Positions 1 to 8,912 of a stretch of 64,000 nt of DNA are shown one piece after another. The stretch comes from Planctomycetota bacterium (lineage in GTDB: Bacteria; Planctomycetota; Brocadiia; JAADGH01). The notes beneath the pieces are model-generated. The model searched no databases. It was not told where the DNA came from and saw only the letters and a program-made list of their open reading frames with translations. Both the position numbers and the translations under genes were made by a program. The stretch is taken from assembly GCA_040755855.1 (NCBI GenBank), contig JBFMAD010000001.1, positions 160,001 through 224,000 of the forward strand, written 5' to 3'. How positions within the stretch are numbered: the first letter of the stretch is position 1; each line of letters begins with the position of its first letter.

Positions 1-765
1 GAAGTCACGCTGGAGGGGGATGTGTATATCGTGAAGCGTGGCGCTGGGGTGATGCGGGTGCCGAAGATCAGCGTGGCGCGCATCGAGGAGAAGAAGCCGC
101 TGCACGAGATTTACCGCGAGAAACTTGCTGCCGTCGGAGAGAAGGATGCCGAGGCTCACTTTCAACTCGGTTGCTGGTGCCTGAGCAACGGGCTTCGCGT
201 CGAGGCCAAGAAAGCCTTCCGCGACGCAATTGCCATTGACCCCAAACACGAAGCGAGCCGGAAACAGCTCGGCTATCGGGAGATCAACGGCGTGTGGCAC
301 GAGAAGTGCGGGACATGCGACGGCGAGGGGAAGGTCCAGTGCTTGGTTTGCCGGTACGCCAAGAACCTGCAGAGGCCATGCCCAAACCCCGACTGCGGCA
401 AGACGTTTCCCTGCGCGGCGTGCAACGGACAGGGCGCGTTCACCTGCACCACCTGCAATGGAGTGGGGAAACTGAAGTGCCACAAGTGCGACGGCACGGG
501 GAAGATCGAGAGCGCCACCGGCGGCCAACCGGAACGGTGCGCCACATGCAAAGGCGAGGGCCTGATAGACTGCCAGGCGTGCACGCGCGGCAAGGTGGTC
601 TGCCGCGTCTGCCAGGGAAAGGGCGTCAAGCAAGTGGACTGCCCCAAGTGCGGAAACAAGGGATACATCCGGATTGTGTGCCCGGAGTGCGGGGGCGGGA
701 AAAAAGTAGTATGCGAGGGCTGCAAGGGGATCGGCGCGGTTCCCGTGAAAGGGGAAGCGCGGTGA
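1..765 (+). CDS. TPR-like + DnaJ-type zinc-finger (CxxCxGxG repeat) protein, 5'-truncated by window edge
   Basis: Frame open from base 1; TPR-like segment DAEAHFQLGCWC...AIAIDPKHEASRKQLG; ~12 CxxC units (CGTCDGEG, CAACNGQG, CTTCNGVG, CHKCDGTG, CATCKGEG...). Confidence 0.75.
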   Translation, partial: EVTLEGDVYIVKRGAGVMRVPKISVARIEEKKPLHEIYREKLAAVGEKDAEAHFQLGCWCLSNGLRVEAKKAFRDAIAIDPKHEASRKQLGYREINGVWHEKCGTCDGEGKVQCLVCRYAKNLQRPCPNPDCGKTFPCAACNGQGAFTCTTCNGVGKLKCHKCDGTGKIESATGGQPERCATCKGEGLIDCQACTRGKVVCRVCQGKGVKQVDCPKCGNKGYIRIVCPECGGGKKVVCEGCKGIGAVPVKGEAR

Positions 766-867
766 ACGCCCTGGCCGGTCCTGTCGAAAGCGGCTGAGGA
801 TTTTCCGCGGCGTGCAGTTGCGAGTCGGCCCCACGGGACCCCGATGTATTTGCGGCGCGAAAATTAT

Positions 868-895
868 TTGACTTCGTTCCGGCTCTTGCTATAAT
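868..895 (+). promoter_or_regulatory. sigma70 promoter of rpmH
   Basis: TTGACT-16nt-TATAAT with extended TG (TGCTATAAT) and an AT-rich stretch upstream. Confidence 0.75.
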
Positions 896-933
896 AAACC
901 TTTTGTTGCAATGAAAAGACGAAAGGAAGTGCA

Positions 934-1089
934 ATGAGAACCAAGATACGCAAGAGCACGCGAAAGTGGATCCGGATGTGCGGCTTCCGCAAGCGGATGC
1001 GGACCCGCGGCGGGCGGGCCATCCTGAGCCGCCGCCGGCGGATCAACCGGAAGTTCAACATCGCACCGAAGAACAAAAGGCGACGCTAA
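934..1089 (+). CDS. rpmH: 50S ribosomal protein L34 (51 aa; not in ORF track)
   Basis: Manual translation MRTKIRKSTRKWIRMCGFRKRMRTRGGRAILSRRRRINRKFNIAPKNKRRR carries the L34 GFRxRMxTxxGRxILxRRR motif; AAGGAAG RBS, promoter and terminator present. Confidence 0.88.
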   Translation: MRTKIRKSTRKWIRMCGFRKRMRTRGGRAILSRRRRINRKFNIAPKNKRRR

Positions 1090-1107
1090 CGAAACGATGG
1101 TTTTCCA

Positions 1108-1143
1108 AAAGAGGCCGCGCCCGCTCGCGGGCGCGGCCTCTTT
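1108..1143 (+). terminator. intrinsic terminator after rpmH
   Basis: Perfect stem AAAGAGGCCGCGCCCG-ctcg-CGGGCGCGGCCTCTTT. Confidence 0.75.
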
Positions 1144-1178
1144 GCATGTCGGGGGAATGGTAGCCGGGTGAACGAAAG

Positions 1179-3554
1179 ATGAACCGTGATCGGCTTCGAT
1201 GGGCTGCGTTCTTCCTTCTGGCCTTCCTCTATCTCTACTGCCTTGTGGACCCCAAGCTGGTATTCTTCGCCCACGGTACGGTCGTCAAGCTGCCCACCTT
1301 TGCGAACGACGAGGCCCTGGTCCTGGGCGTGCGGGAGCGTCCCGGCGGGGTCGGGGAATTCCTGTCTGCATATGTGCTGAGGTACTTCGGACGCGCCTGG
1401 GCCGGGCCGACCGCCCTCGCGCTTATCGCCATCCTGCTTCACTGGAGCGCGGACCGGCTTGTTGCCTCGGTCAGCGGCAAGCGTCTGCCGGGTGCGGCCT
1501 ACGTCCCGGTGATTTTGTTCCTCGCTATCGCGGGACGATATGACAGGCCGTTCTTTGGCATCGAGTACGCCCTGCCGATGACATTGGTCCTCGTGTGCGC
1601 CGCCGCCTACACCCTTGCCCCTGCCAGGGCGGTGGGCCGCTTGTTCCTCTTTCTTATTCTTGGTACGCCGGTCTATCTCTTTGGCGCGGGGGCCGTGTTG
1701 TTGTTCGGGATTGCCTGCACGGTCCATGAAGTCTTCGGACAACGTCGAGCTGTTCTGGGTCTATCCGTCCTGGCTCTTGGCTTGGTCATCCCGTTATTCG
1801 TTGGCCGATTCGTTTATCACGCGCCGCTGACCAAAGCCTATCTCCGCCTTACTCCCCTCGATCCGGCTGTTGCATGGGACCATCGCGGTCTGCATATCCT
1901 GCTGTTTGCCCTCGTTCCCCTGCTGATGTTCGTATGCCCGCGTCTTCGGCTTGCTCCGCAAGGCGACGCCCCTCGGCAGGATATGGCCCCCGCGTGGACC
2001 GCCGAGTCGCTGCTCCTCCTGCTTGCCGCCGTGGGTGTGATGATATTGTTGTTCGGCCCGGATTTGCAGGCATCGCTCCGAACGGAGAACGAGAGGCCGT
2101 TCGGACAAATTGCCCGGTTACCTGCCTGGCAGAGTGTGTCTCTGCTTGTGGCGGGGCTGCTGTTGGCCGCGCTCGCCGCGTTGTTGTATGTGCGCCTCCC
2201 CTTCACGCGCGGCCGGTGGTGGGTCTTTCTGGCCCTTGCATTTTTTGTCCATTACTATGCAGCGGGACTGGCGACCCTTGTGTTCGCCGTGCTCTGCGCA
2301 ACACATGAATTGTGCGTGAAGCGGCGCCGGCTGCTGGGAATCGGCATCCTAACGGTGCTCCTCTTGACGGGCGGGCTTTGGCTCCTTGCCGCGCGGGACG
2401 CGGACTTCCTCGAATGGCTGGCCCGCACAATTCCCTTCGGACCGGTATTTGACCCGCGAACCCCATCGGTTGCGCGCCGTCTCCTCACGGCGCTGCCGAT
2501 TGCCGCCGTGGTGCTGGCGGCCTGGAGGGCCTGCGTCCCGCCCGAGCATCGCTCCGCCGCGGGTACGCATTCGGATGGCATCGTGCGACGAATGTTCCGT
2601 GCGAGGCTCGGCCCGATAGGCGGCTGGTGCTGCTCATCGCTCCTGCTGATCGCCGTGGCGGGGACGGCGGCAGGATCGCTGTTCGATTGGGACCGGCATG
2701 CCCGCCTCCGGCTCCACTACCTCGCTCGGATGGAGCGATGGGGGGACGTCTTGACGGAGGTCCGTTATCTGCACGACCCGGATGGGGCGGCGCGGCTGGG
2801 CGTGACCCTCGCCCTCTACGAGACGGGGCACCTGGCGGACGACATGTTCGCATTTCCTTATTCCCGGCTCGGCCTGGGGGCGGCGCCGTCGTGGGAGGAA
2901 ATGTCCCTCTATGCCGGCATCTATTTCGAGATGGGCTACCTCAACGCCGCAGAGGAGTTCGCCTTCGCCAACCTCGTTGTGGGGGACCACCCCCTCGTCC
3001 TGCGGCAGCTGGGTCGGCTTTATCTCGCCAAAAATCGCCCGGATACTGCGCGTGTCTTCTACGACGCCCTGCGGCATGACAAGTCATGCCGCCGTTGGGC
3101 CGAGGAATATGACCCCGCCCACATCCCTTCAGGGCCGGCCACCCTTGCGCCGATGGAGGACAGGACCTTCTCCGAATACCCGCGCGATCAGATGCGGAAT
3201 GTGGCGGACTTTCTCGAAGCGAACCCAGGCAATCGGATGGCCCTGGAATTCACCATGGCCTGGCTGCTGCTCCAGCGCCATCTTGATGAGTTCGCCGAGA
3301 ACCTGTCCAGGGTAAAGGCGGCGGGATGCCGGGGGAAGTTGCGGCTCTATCAGGAGGCGTTCCTCGTCCATGCCGACAATCCGGGTGCCGAGACGGGGGA
3401 ACTGGAGATCGCCCCGGAGACGAGGCGGCGCTTCCGCGAGTTTCGGGAAGAGGCGGCGTTGGCGGATGGCCATGCGGGGCGGATGCGTTTGGCGAGGAAG
3501 TTCGGCGACACGTATTTCTTCTACCACCGCTTTGGGGAGAGGCTGGAACATTGA
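1179..3554 (+). CDS. DUF6057-family multi-pass membrane protein with C-terminal TPR-like region
   Basis: PGGVGEFLSAY N-terminal motif, many TM helices, C-terminal NRMALEFTMAWLLL and FGDTYFFY motifs. Confidence 0.7.
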   Translation: MNRDRLRWAAFFLLAFLYLYCLVDPKLVFFAHGTVVKLPTFANDEALVLGVRERPGGVGEFLSAYVLRYFGRAWAGPTALALIAILLHWSADRLVASVSGKRLPGAAYVPVILFLAIAGRYDRPFFGIEYALPMTLVLVCAAAYTLAPARAVGRLFLFLILGTPVYLFGAGAVLLFGIACTVHEVFGQRRAVLGLSVLALGLVIPLFVGRFVYHAPLTKAYLRLTPLDPAVAWDHRGLHILLFALVPLLMFVCPRLRLAPQGDAPRQDMAPAWTAESLLLLLAAVGVMILLFGPDLQASLRTENERPFGQIARLPAWQSVSLLVAGLLLAALAALLYVRLPFTRGRWWVFLALAFFVHYYAAGLATLVFAVLCATHELCVKRRRLLGIGILTVLLLTGGLWLLAARDADFLEWLARTIPFGPVFDPRTPSVARRLLTALPIAAVVLAAWRACVPPEHRSAAGTHSDGIVRRMFRARLGPIGGWCCSSLLLIAVAGTAAGSLFDWDRHARLRLHYLARMERWGDVLTEVRYLHDPDGAARLGVTLALYETGHLADDMFAFPYSRLGLGAAPSWEEMSLYAGIYFEMGYLNAAEEFAFANLVVGDHPLVLRQLGRLYLAKNRPDTARVFYDALRHDKSCRRWAEEYDPAHIPSGPATLAPMEDRTFSEYPRDQMRNVADFLEANPGNRMALEFTMAWLLLQRHLDEFAENLSRVKAAGCRGKLRLYQEAFLVHADNPGAETGELEIAPETRRRFREFREEAALADGHAGRMRLARKFGDTYFFYHRFGERLEH

Positions 3555-5113
3555 GAAGATACCTTCCGATAACTCTTCTGGCGGCGGCCCTGATCGTGGG
3601 CGGAGGTGGGCTGTGGTGGGCGCGCGCCGGCGGCACGCCCGATCCGGCCTCCTGCCTTGTGGTGGATCGCCTCCCCCGAATCCAGCCCGATTATATCAAC
3701 GTTATGATTCCCCAGAACATCGCGCCGTTGAATTTTGTGGTTGAGGAACCCGGGACGCGATTCTATGTGACGATAGCAGGCGAAGGAGGCGGGAGGATTG
3801 ATGTTCAGTCCCGTGGTCCGTCGTTTTGCTTCCCCATCCACACGTGGCGGGACCTGCTGAGCCGGAACCGGGGCAAAGACCTGCAGGTTACGGTCTTTGC
3901 GAAGGGGAAGGATGGCCGGTGGTCCTCCTTCCAGCCGATCCAAAATCGTGTGGCGGAGGAACCAATAGACCCGTATGTCTCCTATCGCCTCATCACCCCG
4001 GCCTATTTCTGGTTCCATGACGACATCGAGATGGGAACCTACCAGCGAGACGTGGAGAGCTTCGACGAAAAGGTCCTGCTGCACAACAGTTCCTTCCGCG
4101 AGTCCGCCTGCTTTAATTGTCACGCCTTCGCGGCGAACCGCCCCTCGACCATGATCCTGCATCTGCGGGGCGACATCGGCCCGGCCATGCTCGTGAATCG
4201 AGAAGGGCAACTGACGAGAGTTGATACCCGCGCAAATGAAAAGCACGGTCCTGTCTCGATGTCCTCGCTCCATCCGAATGGGAGGCTAATGGTTTTCGCC
4301 TCCCCGGACCTGGGTCTTTTCAGCAAGAGCGCCGGCGAGCCGCGCGAGGTCTTTGAGTTCCAGTCCGATGTGGGAATCTATCGCACGGACAAAAACGAAT
4401 TCGTCCGCGTGTCCGGTCTATCGTCCCCGGACCACGCGGAGACATTCCCCGCATGGTCCGGCGATGGGAAGCAATTGTATTTCTGTCGGGCGGAGATTCA
4501 ATGGCTCATCATCGCTGGCGAGAAACGCAGGACACTGCCGGGGAACTACAGGGACGTTCGCTATGATCTGATGCGAATCGTCTATGACGAGACAGAGGAC
4601 ACATGGGGCGAGCCGGAGATGGCGCTATCGGCCGAGCAACTCGGCAAGAGCATCTCCCAGCCCGCCGTCTCTCCCGATGGCCGTTTCATCGTGTTCTGCG
4701 CCGTGGACTATGGGGTGTGGCCGCTCACCCGCCCGGAGGCCGATCTATATCTCATGGACGCCGCGACGGGGAATTACAAGCCGATGGCGTGCAATACCCC
4801 TGGGAGCGAGTCCCTGCCCGATTGGTCCGACAACGGGCGCTGGCTCGTCTTTTCGTCCAAGCGAAAGGACGGCGTGTTCACCCGCCTGTATTTCACGCAC
4901 GTTGACGAGAACGGCAGGAGTTCGCGGGCCATCGAACTGCCGCAGGAGGACCCCGCCGCGCACGCGCGCTTCCTGAGGGCCTACAGCATCCCGCAGTTCA
5001 TGACCGGGCCGGTTACGATCTCCGAAAGGCAGTTGATCGGGGCGATACGAGAGGGACTATCAGCAAAGGGGCAAGGGAAAGAACCCGGCCCCGACAGCCG
5101 GACCGATTATTAA
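3551..5113 (+). CDS. TolB-like/PD40 beta-propeller protein with CxxCH motif
   Basis: TTG start overlaps upstream stop; N-terminal hydrophobic anchor; IPQNIAPLNF, CFNCH, PAWSGDGK, PAVSPDGR, PDWSDNGRWLVFSSKR repeats. Confidence 0.75.
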   Translation: MRRYLPITLLAAALIVGGGGLWWARAGGTPDPASCLVVDRLPRIQPDYINVMIPQNIAPLNFVVEEPGTRFYVTIAGEGGGRIDVQSRGPSFCFPIHTWRDLLSRNRGKDLQVTVFAKGKDGRWSSFQPIQNRVAEEPIDPYVSYRLITPAYFWFHDDIEMGTYQRDVESFDEKVLLHNSSFRESACFNCHAFAANRPSTMILHLRGDIGPAMLVNREGQLTRVDTRANEKHGPVSMSSLHPNGRLMVFASPDLGLFSKSAGEPREVFEFQSDVGIYRTDKNEFVRVSGLSSPDHAETFPAWSGDGKQLYFCRAEIQWLIIAGEKRRTLPGNYRDVRYDLMRIVYDETEDTWGEPEMALSAEQLGKSISQPAVSPDGRFIVFCAVDYGVWPLTRPEADLYLMDAATGNYKPMACNTPGSESLPDWSDNGRWLVFSSKRKDGVFTRLYFTHVDENGRSSRAIELPQEDPAAHARFLRAYSIPQFMTGPVTISERQLIGAIREGLSAKGQGKEPGPDSRTDY

Positions 5114-5133
5114 CGGCCCGGACTGTCCCAATC

Positions 5134-6222
5134 CTACTTGCCGCCCTTCGCCGCTGCGTGGAGCCGAGCGGCGGCATGAGCCGCGCCGCGGCACGTCGGA
5201 CCCAGCCGCAGCGATGCTGCGGGACCGATATGCAGGGCGCAAATCTTCTGTTCCATCTTTACCACGAGGGAGCGAGGCGCCTTATCCGACGCCTGGACAA
5301 GCGAGAGGCCGTTCTCGAAATCCACTCCCGCCCAGCCGTCCGCCAGCTTCGGGTCGCCCGCCTCGATCACGAGGTCATTCGGTTCCTTGACGGTTTGCGC
5401 CGCTCCCAGATGGATGCACTTCGGCGGCAGGTCGGTGGGGCCGATGTGCATATCGCTGATCGGCCTCGGGCACTCGATGTCAATGCGCATCATAGCATTA
5501 TCGGGGCGGATGGTCGCGACAAGGTCGAACTCCCCGCCCAGGTCCATCTTGTGCGTGATGCGCAGGACGTTTCCCTGCAAATCGTAAGCAACCTCTTTGA
5601 CCGCGAGCTTCGACTGCCAGTCCGTCGGGTCCTGGTTCTCGACCAGGACAGTCAGGTCGCGGACGGCGAGGGTCGCCTTTGATGTGACGATGTAGATGTC
5701 GGCCCCAAAGATGCCCGCCTTCGATGGTCGAAGGGTGAAGGCGAAGACGTCGCCGTCGCCGCAGACGACGAAGGTGTATCCCGCGCTGATGCGGTCATAC
5801 TTGACCATCTCGAACGCCTGCTTCTCCGGGTCGGCGTCTTTCATCAGGGCGAAGAGGTCCTTCATCGCGGGATCGGTCAGCGTGCCCTTGTAGAGAAGTA
5901 GGTCGGACTTGGTAAGTTCCGGCGCATCTTCTCGCAGGGCGACGACCTGATAGGTCATGCGATATAGTTTCCGCTTGGCGAGGGCGACGTCAATGCCCTT
6001 GAGTTTCTTGTCGGCCATGGCATTGAGCAGCGTCATGCCTGAGCCGGCGAAGGACCCGGAGTCGCGGCACTGGACGAGGAGGTCGGCGATCTCCTTCTCG
6101 ATGCCGGCCAGGGATTTCGGCTTCTCCTTTCCCAGCGGGGCGGACTCGGCGCGCAGTTCAAGGGCAAGGCCGAGGGTCAACAAACAAAGGATGGTCAAGC
6201 CGTGACAGGGATGAATAAGCAT
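5134..6222 (-). CDS. hypothetical exported protein
   Basis: Long ORF with signal-peptide-like N-terminus (LTILCLLTLGLALELRA); start uncertain (6222 or 6240). Confidence 0.6.
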   Translation of the reverse strand: MLIHPCHGLTILCLLTLGLALELRAESAPLGKEKPKSLAGIEKEIADLLVQCRDSGSFAGSGMTLLNAMADKKLKGIDVALAKRKLYRMTYQVVALREDAPELTKSDLLLYKGTLTDPAMKDLFALMKDADPEKQAFEMVKYDRISAGYTFVVCGDGDVFAFTLRPSKAGIFGADIYIVTSKATLAVRDLTVLVENQDPTDWQSKLAVKEVAYDLQGNVLRITHKMDLGGEFDLVATIRPDNAMMRIDIECPRPISDMHIGPTDLPPKCIHLGAAQTVKEPNDLVIEAGDPKLADGWAGVDFENGLSLVQASDKAPRSLVVKMEQKICALHIGPAASLRLGPTCRGAAHAAARLHAAAKGGK

Positions 6223-6301
6223 GGCGATTCTCCGCTCCAAAACCAGATCATCTGCTTGTCAGGCACACATTGTGCCCGATGCGCGCCCCCAATGCAAGCG
6301 T

Positions 6302-8674
6302 TCATTGGCCCTGCAATCTGATAATCCAATCCGCAATCGCCCGCCTGGTTGCGTTGTAGTCGGAGAAATCGAGGCCGTTCGCCATCTTGTAGTCGCCGGA
6401 GACGAACTTCTCGCCCGTGGGCAGGCGGCCCTTCTCGCCGGTCCATGCCCCCTGGCAGGCCGCGCCGGTGCAGCCGTGGAAGTCAATTTTGGCGATGCGA
6501 TCGAGGACGTCCTCCTCCGCGCGCTCGGCGAGGTCAGCCTTTCCATCCGCCTTTAGTTTCCTGGCCAGTGTGAGGAGTGTGTGGAGATACTTGTAGTCGT
6601 CCACGCCCTCGCGCGCCGCCTCCCAGGCCGTGGTCGGTCCGCCCGGCTCCGCGTCGGTCTTGTTGTAGCGATAGGCCATCGGCAGCTTGCTCTCGTAGAG
6701 TTTGTTGGGCTTGTCGGACTGGTAGCCCGTCATGTAGGCCCACTCGATCATGCCCGTCGCCTTCGCGGCGTAGAGGCCGAAGCCGTAGCCGAAGCGAAGA
6801 GGTTCAGGATGGAAGCCGGTGATGTCAATGTTGTAGAACCAGATCTCCTTATCCTCGCGCTTGAGCCGTTCGAGGAATTCGCCCCAGGCCTTGGCGTCGT
6901 ATGTCCCACGCTTGAGGACGGGGCCGTCGTGGTAGCACTCGATATCCACCCAGGGATGCAGTTCCTCCAAGTACTGCGACGCCCCGTTCGCACCGTCCTC
7001 CTCCGTGCGGAGGCCGGGAATCTTCTTCATGATCTGGAGGCAGCGCTTCGTGGCCGAAAGGAATGGAGGGCTTTGGGGGTCCTTCCGGAAGACTGTGCCC
7101 TTTCCATGTTCATACGGCTCGTCGAAGGGCTGAAAGATGATCTCCGGCCAGCCCTTCTTCTTGCCTTCCGCGACGATGGCCTCGATCACCTGCCGGTAGC
7201 ACTTCTCGAACTTGTCGCTGTTCATATCCTCGCCGGCCTGCTTGTAACAGAAGGCAAAGATGTCGGCCGACATAAGCCAGAGGATGGGCATCTTGAATCC
7301 CGCGCGCAGATACGCGGCAATCGCCTGTTCGAGGTCGCCTGAACCGTCGAATGTGACCTTGACGTTCTCGCCGTCCATCTCCATCTTGCCGCCGAAGCTG
7401 GAGCACAGCCCCATCGTGGTCATGCCGTGTTCGCGCATGTCCTTGTAGGTGGCGTTAGTGAAGTTCAGATCAGCGCCGCCGCGGAAGCGGCAGTACATGC
7501 CGAAGTAGATGTGTTCCGGTTCGAGCAGTCGGATCGGCAGGACCTCGAGTTCGATGTTGACGTTCCGCCTCGCCCCCTTTTCGGGCTGGACCTCCACCTG
7601 TCCCCGGTAGATGCCGGGCTTGGCGTCCTGGGGAACTTTCACGGTTACGTAAAACTGTCTCGTGGTCTCGGCGGGAACGATGGTCGCGTCCGTTTCCTCG
7701 ACGATCACCGGCACGAGCATATCGCCCTCGGCGTACTCTCCCCATCGGCTTTGGCCATGTTGAACGAGGCACTTGACAGGACTTACCCGAACCGCATCGG
7801 CGGGGATTGAGCCGGCCTCCGACTTCATCTCCCCCGCCTTCACCTTAACCGTGCCGAGGTCCTTGAGCGACCGAATACAAAACATAACGGGTTCGTACTC
7901 CCCCGGGGCGGCGAACATCTTGAGCGTATCGTGAATCTCCGTGGCCCTGGGGATCGTGTTGGGGAAGACCATCTCCAGGTAATTCTTCTCGAAGATCACG
8001 CAGCCCGCCTGCTTGTCTGCGTCCGAAAGGGGCGGCATCTCCTTCTTGTCCGTATATCGGACGGGAGGCAGTTCGGTCATGTCTGTGGGGATCATTTCGA
8101 CTTCGTCAAACCAGACAGTTCCGGTTCCAGTATAGCTCATGTTGAGCCAGAGGCGCATGCGAAATTTGGCGGTCTTGGGGTGGGGTTGGTAATGTCCGGT
8201 GAGCAGCTTCCAGTCGTGCGTCCCCTCGGCGGCGATAACGGAGTAGTTTGCTTCAAGGTACTTTCCATTCTCGTCGAGGGACACGCAGCCGATGGCGGCC
8301 TTTGTGTCCTTCAGGTTTTCGGTCCTGATCCAGGCGCGGACGAGGTAGATCTTCGTGCCCTTGACATGGGGGATGTTGTCCTGGCTCCACACGCCGTCAT
8401 CCTCGGTCCGGCGCACGCCGACGCGGACGCTTCGCTTGCCGGAGTGGACTGTTTTGTCGTCCCATCCCCAGTCGGGTTCCTGTTTCTTCACGCCGCGGTC
8501 GCGGTCATTGGCATGGGTGAACTCCCAGGTGAAGTTCCAGGCAGTGGGTTGTTCTTGTCCCTCTTCGAAGTCCGGGTTGGCGAGGATGTTCTTGCCGAGC
8601 TCGGCGCCATAAGACGAGCAAACTTGGAGAACGACGGGAATACAGAAGGTCAGGAAAAGGCAGAAGGGACGCAT
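6302..8674 (-). CDS. secreted glycoside hydrolase, CBM4/9-like + GH123-like/DUF4091
   Basis: GGAGGA RBS, signal peptide, NILANPDFEEG CBM start, AAPGEYEP, FDEP, C-terminal WEAAREGVDDYKYL. Confidence 0.7.
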   Translation of the reverse strand: MRPFCLFLTFCIPVVLQVCSSYGAELGKNILANPDFEEGQEQPTAWNFTWEFTHANDRDRGVKKQEPDWGWDDKTVHSGKRSVRVGVRRTEDDGVWSQDNIPHVKGTKIYLVRAWIRTENLKDTKAAIGCVSLDENGKYLEANYSVIAAEGTHDWKLLTGHYQPHPKTAKFRMRLWLNMSYTGTGTVWFDEVEMIPTDMTELPPVRYTDKKEMPPLSDADKQAGCVIFEKNYLEMVFPNTIPRATEIHDTLKMFAAPGEYEPVMFCIRSLKDLGTVKVKAGEMKSEAGSIPADAVRVSPVKCLVQHGQSRWGEYAEGDMLVPVIVEETDATIVPAETTRQFYVTVKVPQDAKPGIYRGQVEVQPEKGARRNVNIELEVLPIRLLEPEHIYFGMYCRFRGGADLNFTNATYKDMREHGMTTMGLCSSFGGKMEMDGENVKVTFDGSGDLEQAIAAYLRAGFKMPILWLMSADIFAFCYKQAGEDMNSDKFEKCYRQVIEAIVAEGKKKGWPEIIFQPFDEPYEHGKGTVFRKDPQSPPFLSATKRCLQIMKKIPGLRTEEDGANGASQYLEELHPWVDIECYHDGPVLKRGTYDAKAWGEFLERLKREDKEIWFYNIDITGFHPEPLRFGYGFGLYAAKATGMIEWAYMTGYQSDKPNKLYESKLPMAYRYNKTDAEPGGPTTAWEAAREGVDDYKYLHTLLTLARKLKADGKADLAERAEEDVLDRIAKIDFHGCTGAACQGAWTGEKGRLPTGEKFVSGDYKMANGLDFSDYNATRRAIADWIIRLQGQ

Positions 8675-8705
8675 GACTCCTCCTTGTGTCTTTGGCATCA
8701 AGATG

Positions 8706-8735
8706 ACCTCCCGGAGGTTCCGACCTCCGGGAGGT
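8706..8735. repeat. 30-bp palindromic element, copy 1
   Basis: ACCTCCCGGAGG-ttccga-CCTCCGGGAGGT; reverse complement identical to 49011-49040. Confidence 0.85.
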
Positions 8736-8737
8736 TG

Positions 8738-8766
8738 ACTATATAGAGAAGGGAGCGTGGGGTCAA
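8738..8766 (-). promoter_or_regulatory. sigma70 promoter of the glycoside hydrolase gene
   Basis: Minus strand TTGACC-17nt-TATAGT. Confidence 0.6.
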
Positions 8767-8832
8767 GCGCGTTTCTTAAATCCTGGAGGAAATGACGCTG
8801 CGCGGAGAGACCCGAAAATCTCAAAAAAGCGT

Positions 8833-8912
8833 TTGACAGTGGGGGGGGAACATGCTATAAGTTTATAGAGGCACTAAATCGTTTAGCGTATCACGATAAG
8901 TGTAAAACGATT
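8833..8912 (+). promoter_or_regulatory. LacI-gene promoter with LacI-type operator boxes
   Basis: TTGACA-17nt(contains G8)-TATAAG; downstream AATCGTTT (8877) and its inverse AAACGATT (8905) fit the AAnCGnTT LacI core. Confidence 0.6.

Noticed and set aside
3326..3550. ORF-track 5' extension of the TolB-like gene (likewise 27171-27437 for the symporter)
   Set aside because: Overlaps the upstream CDS; a better start exists at the junction.
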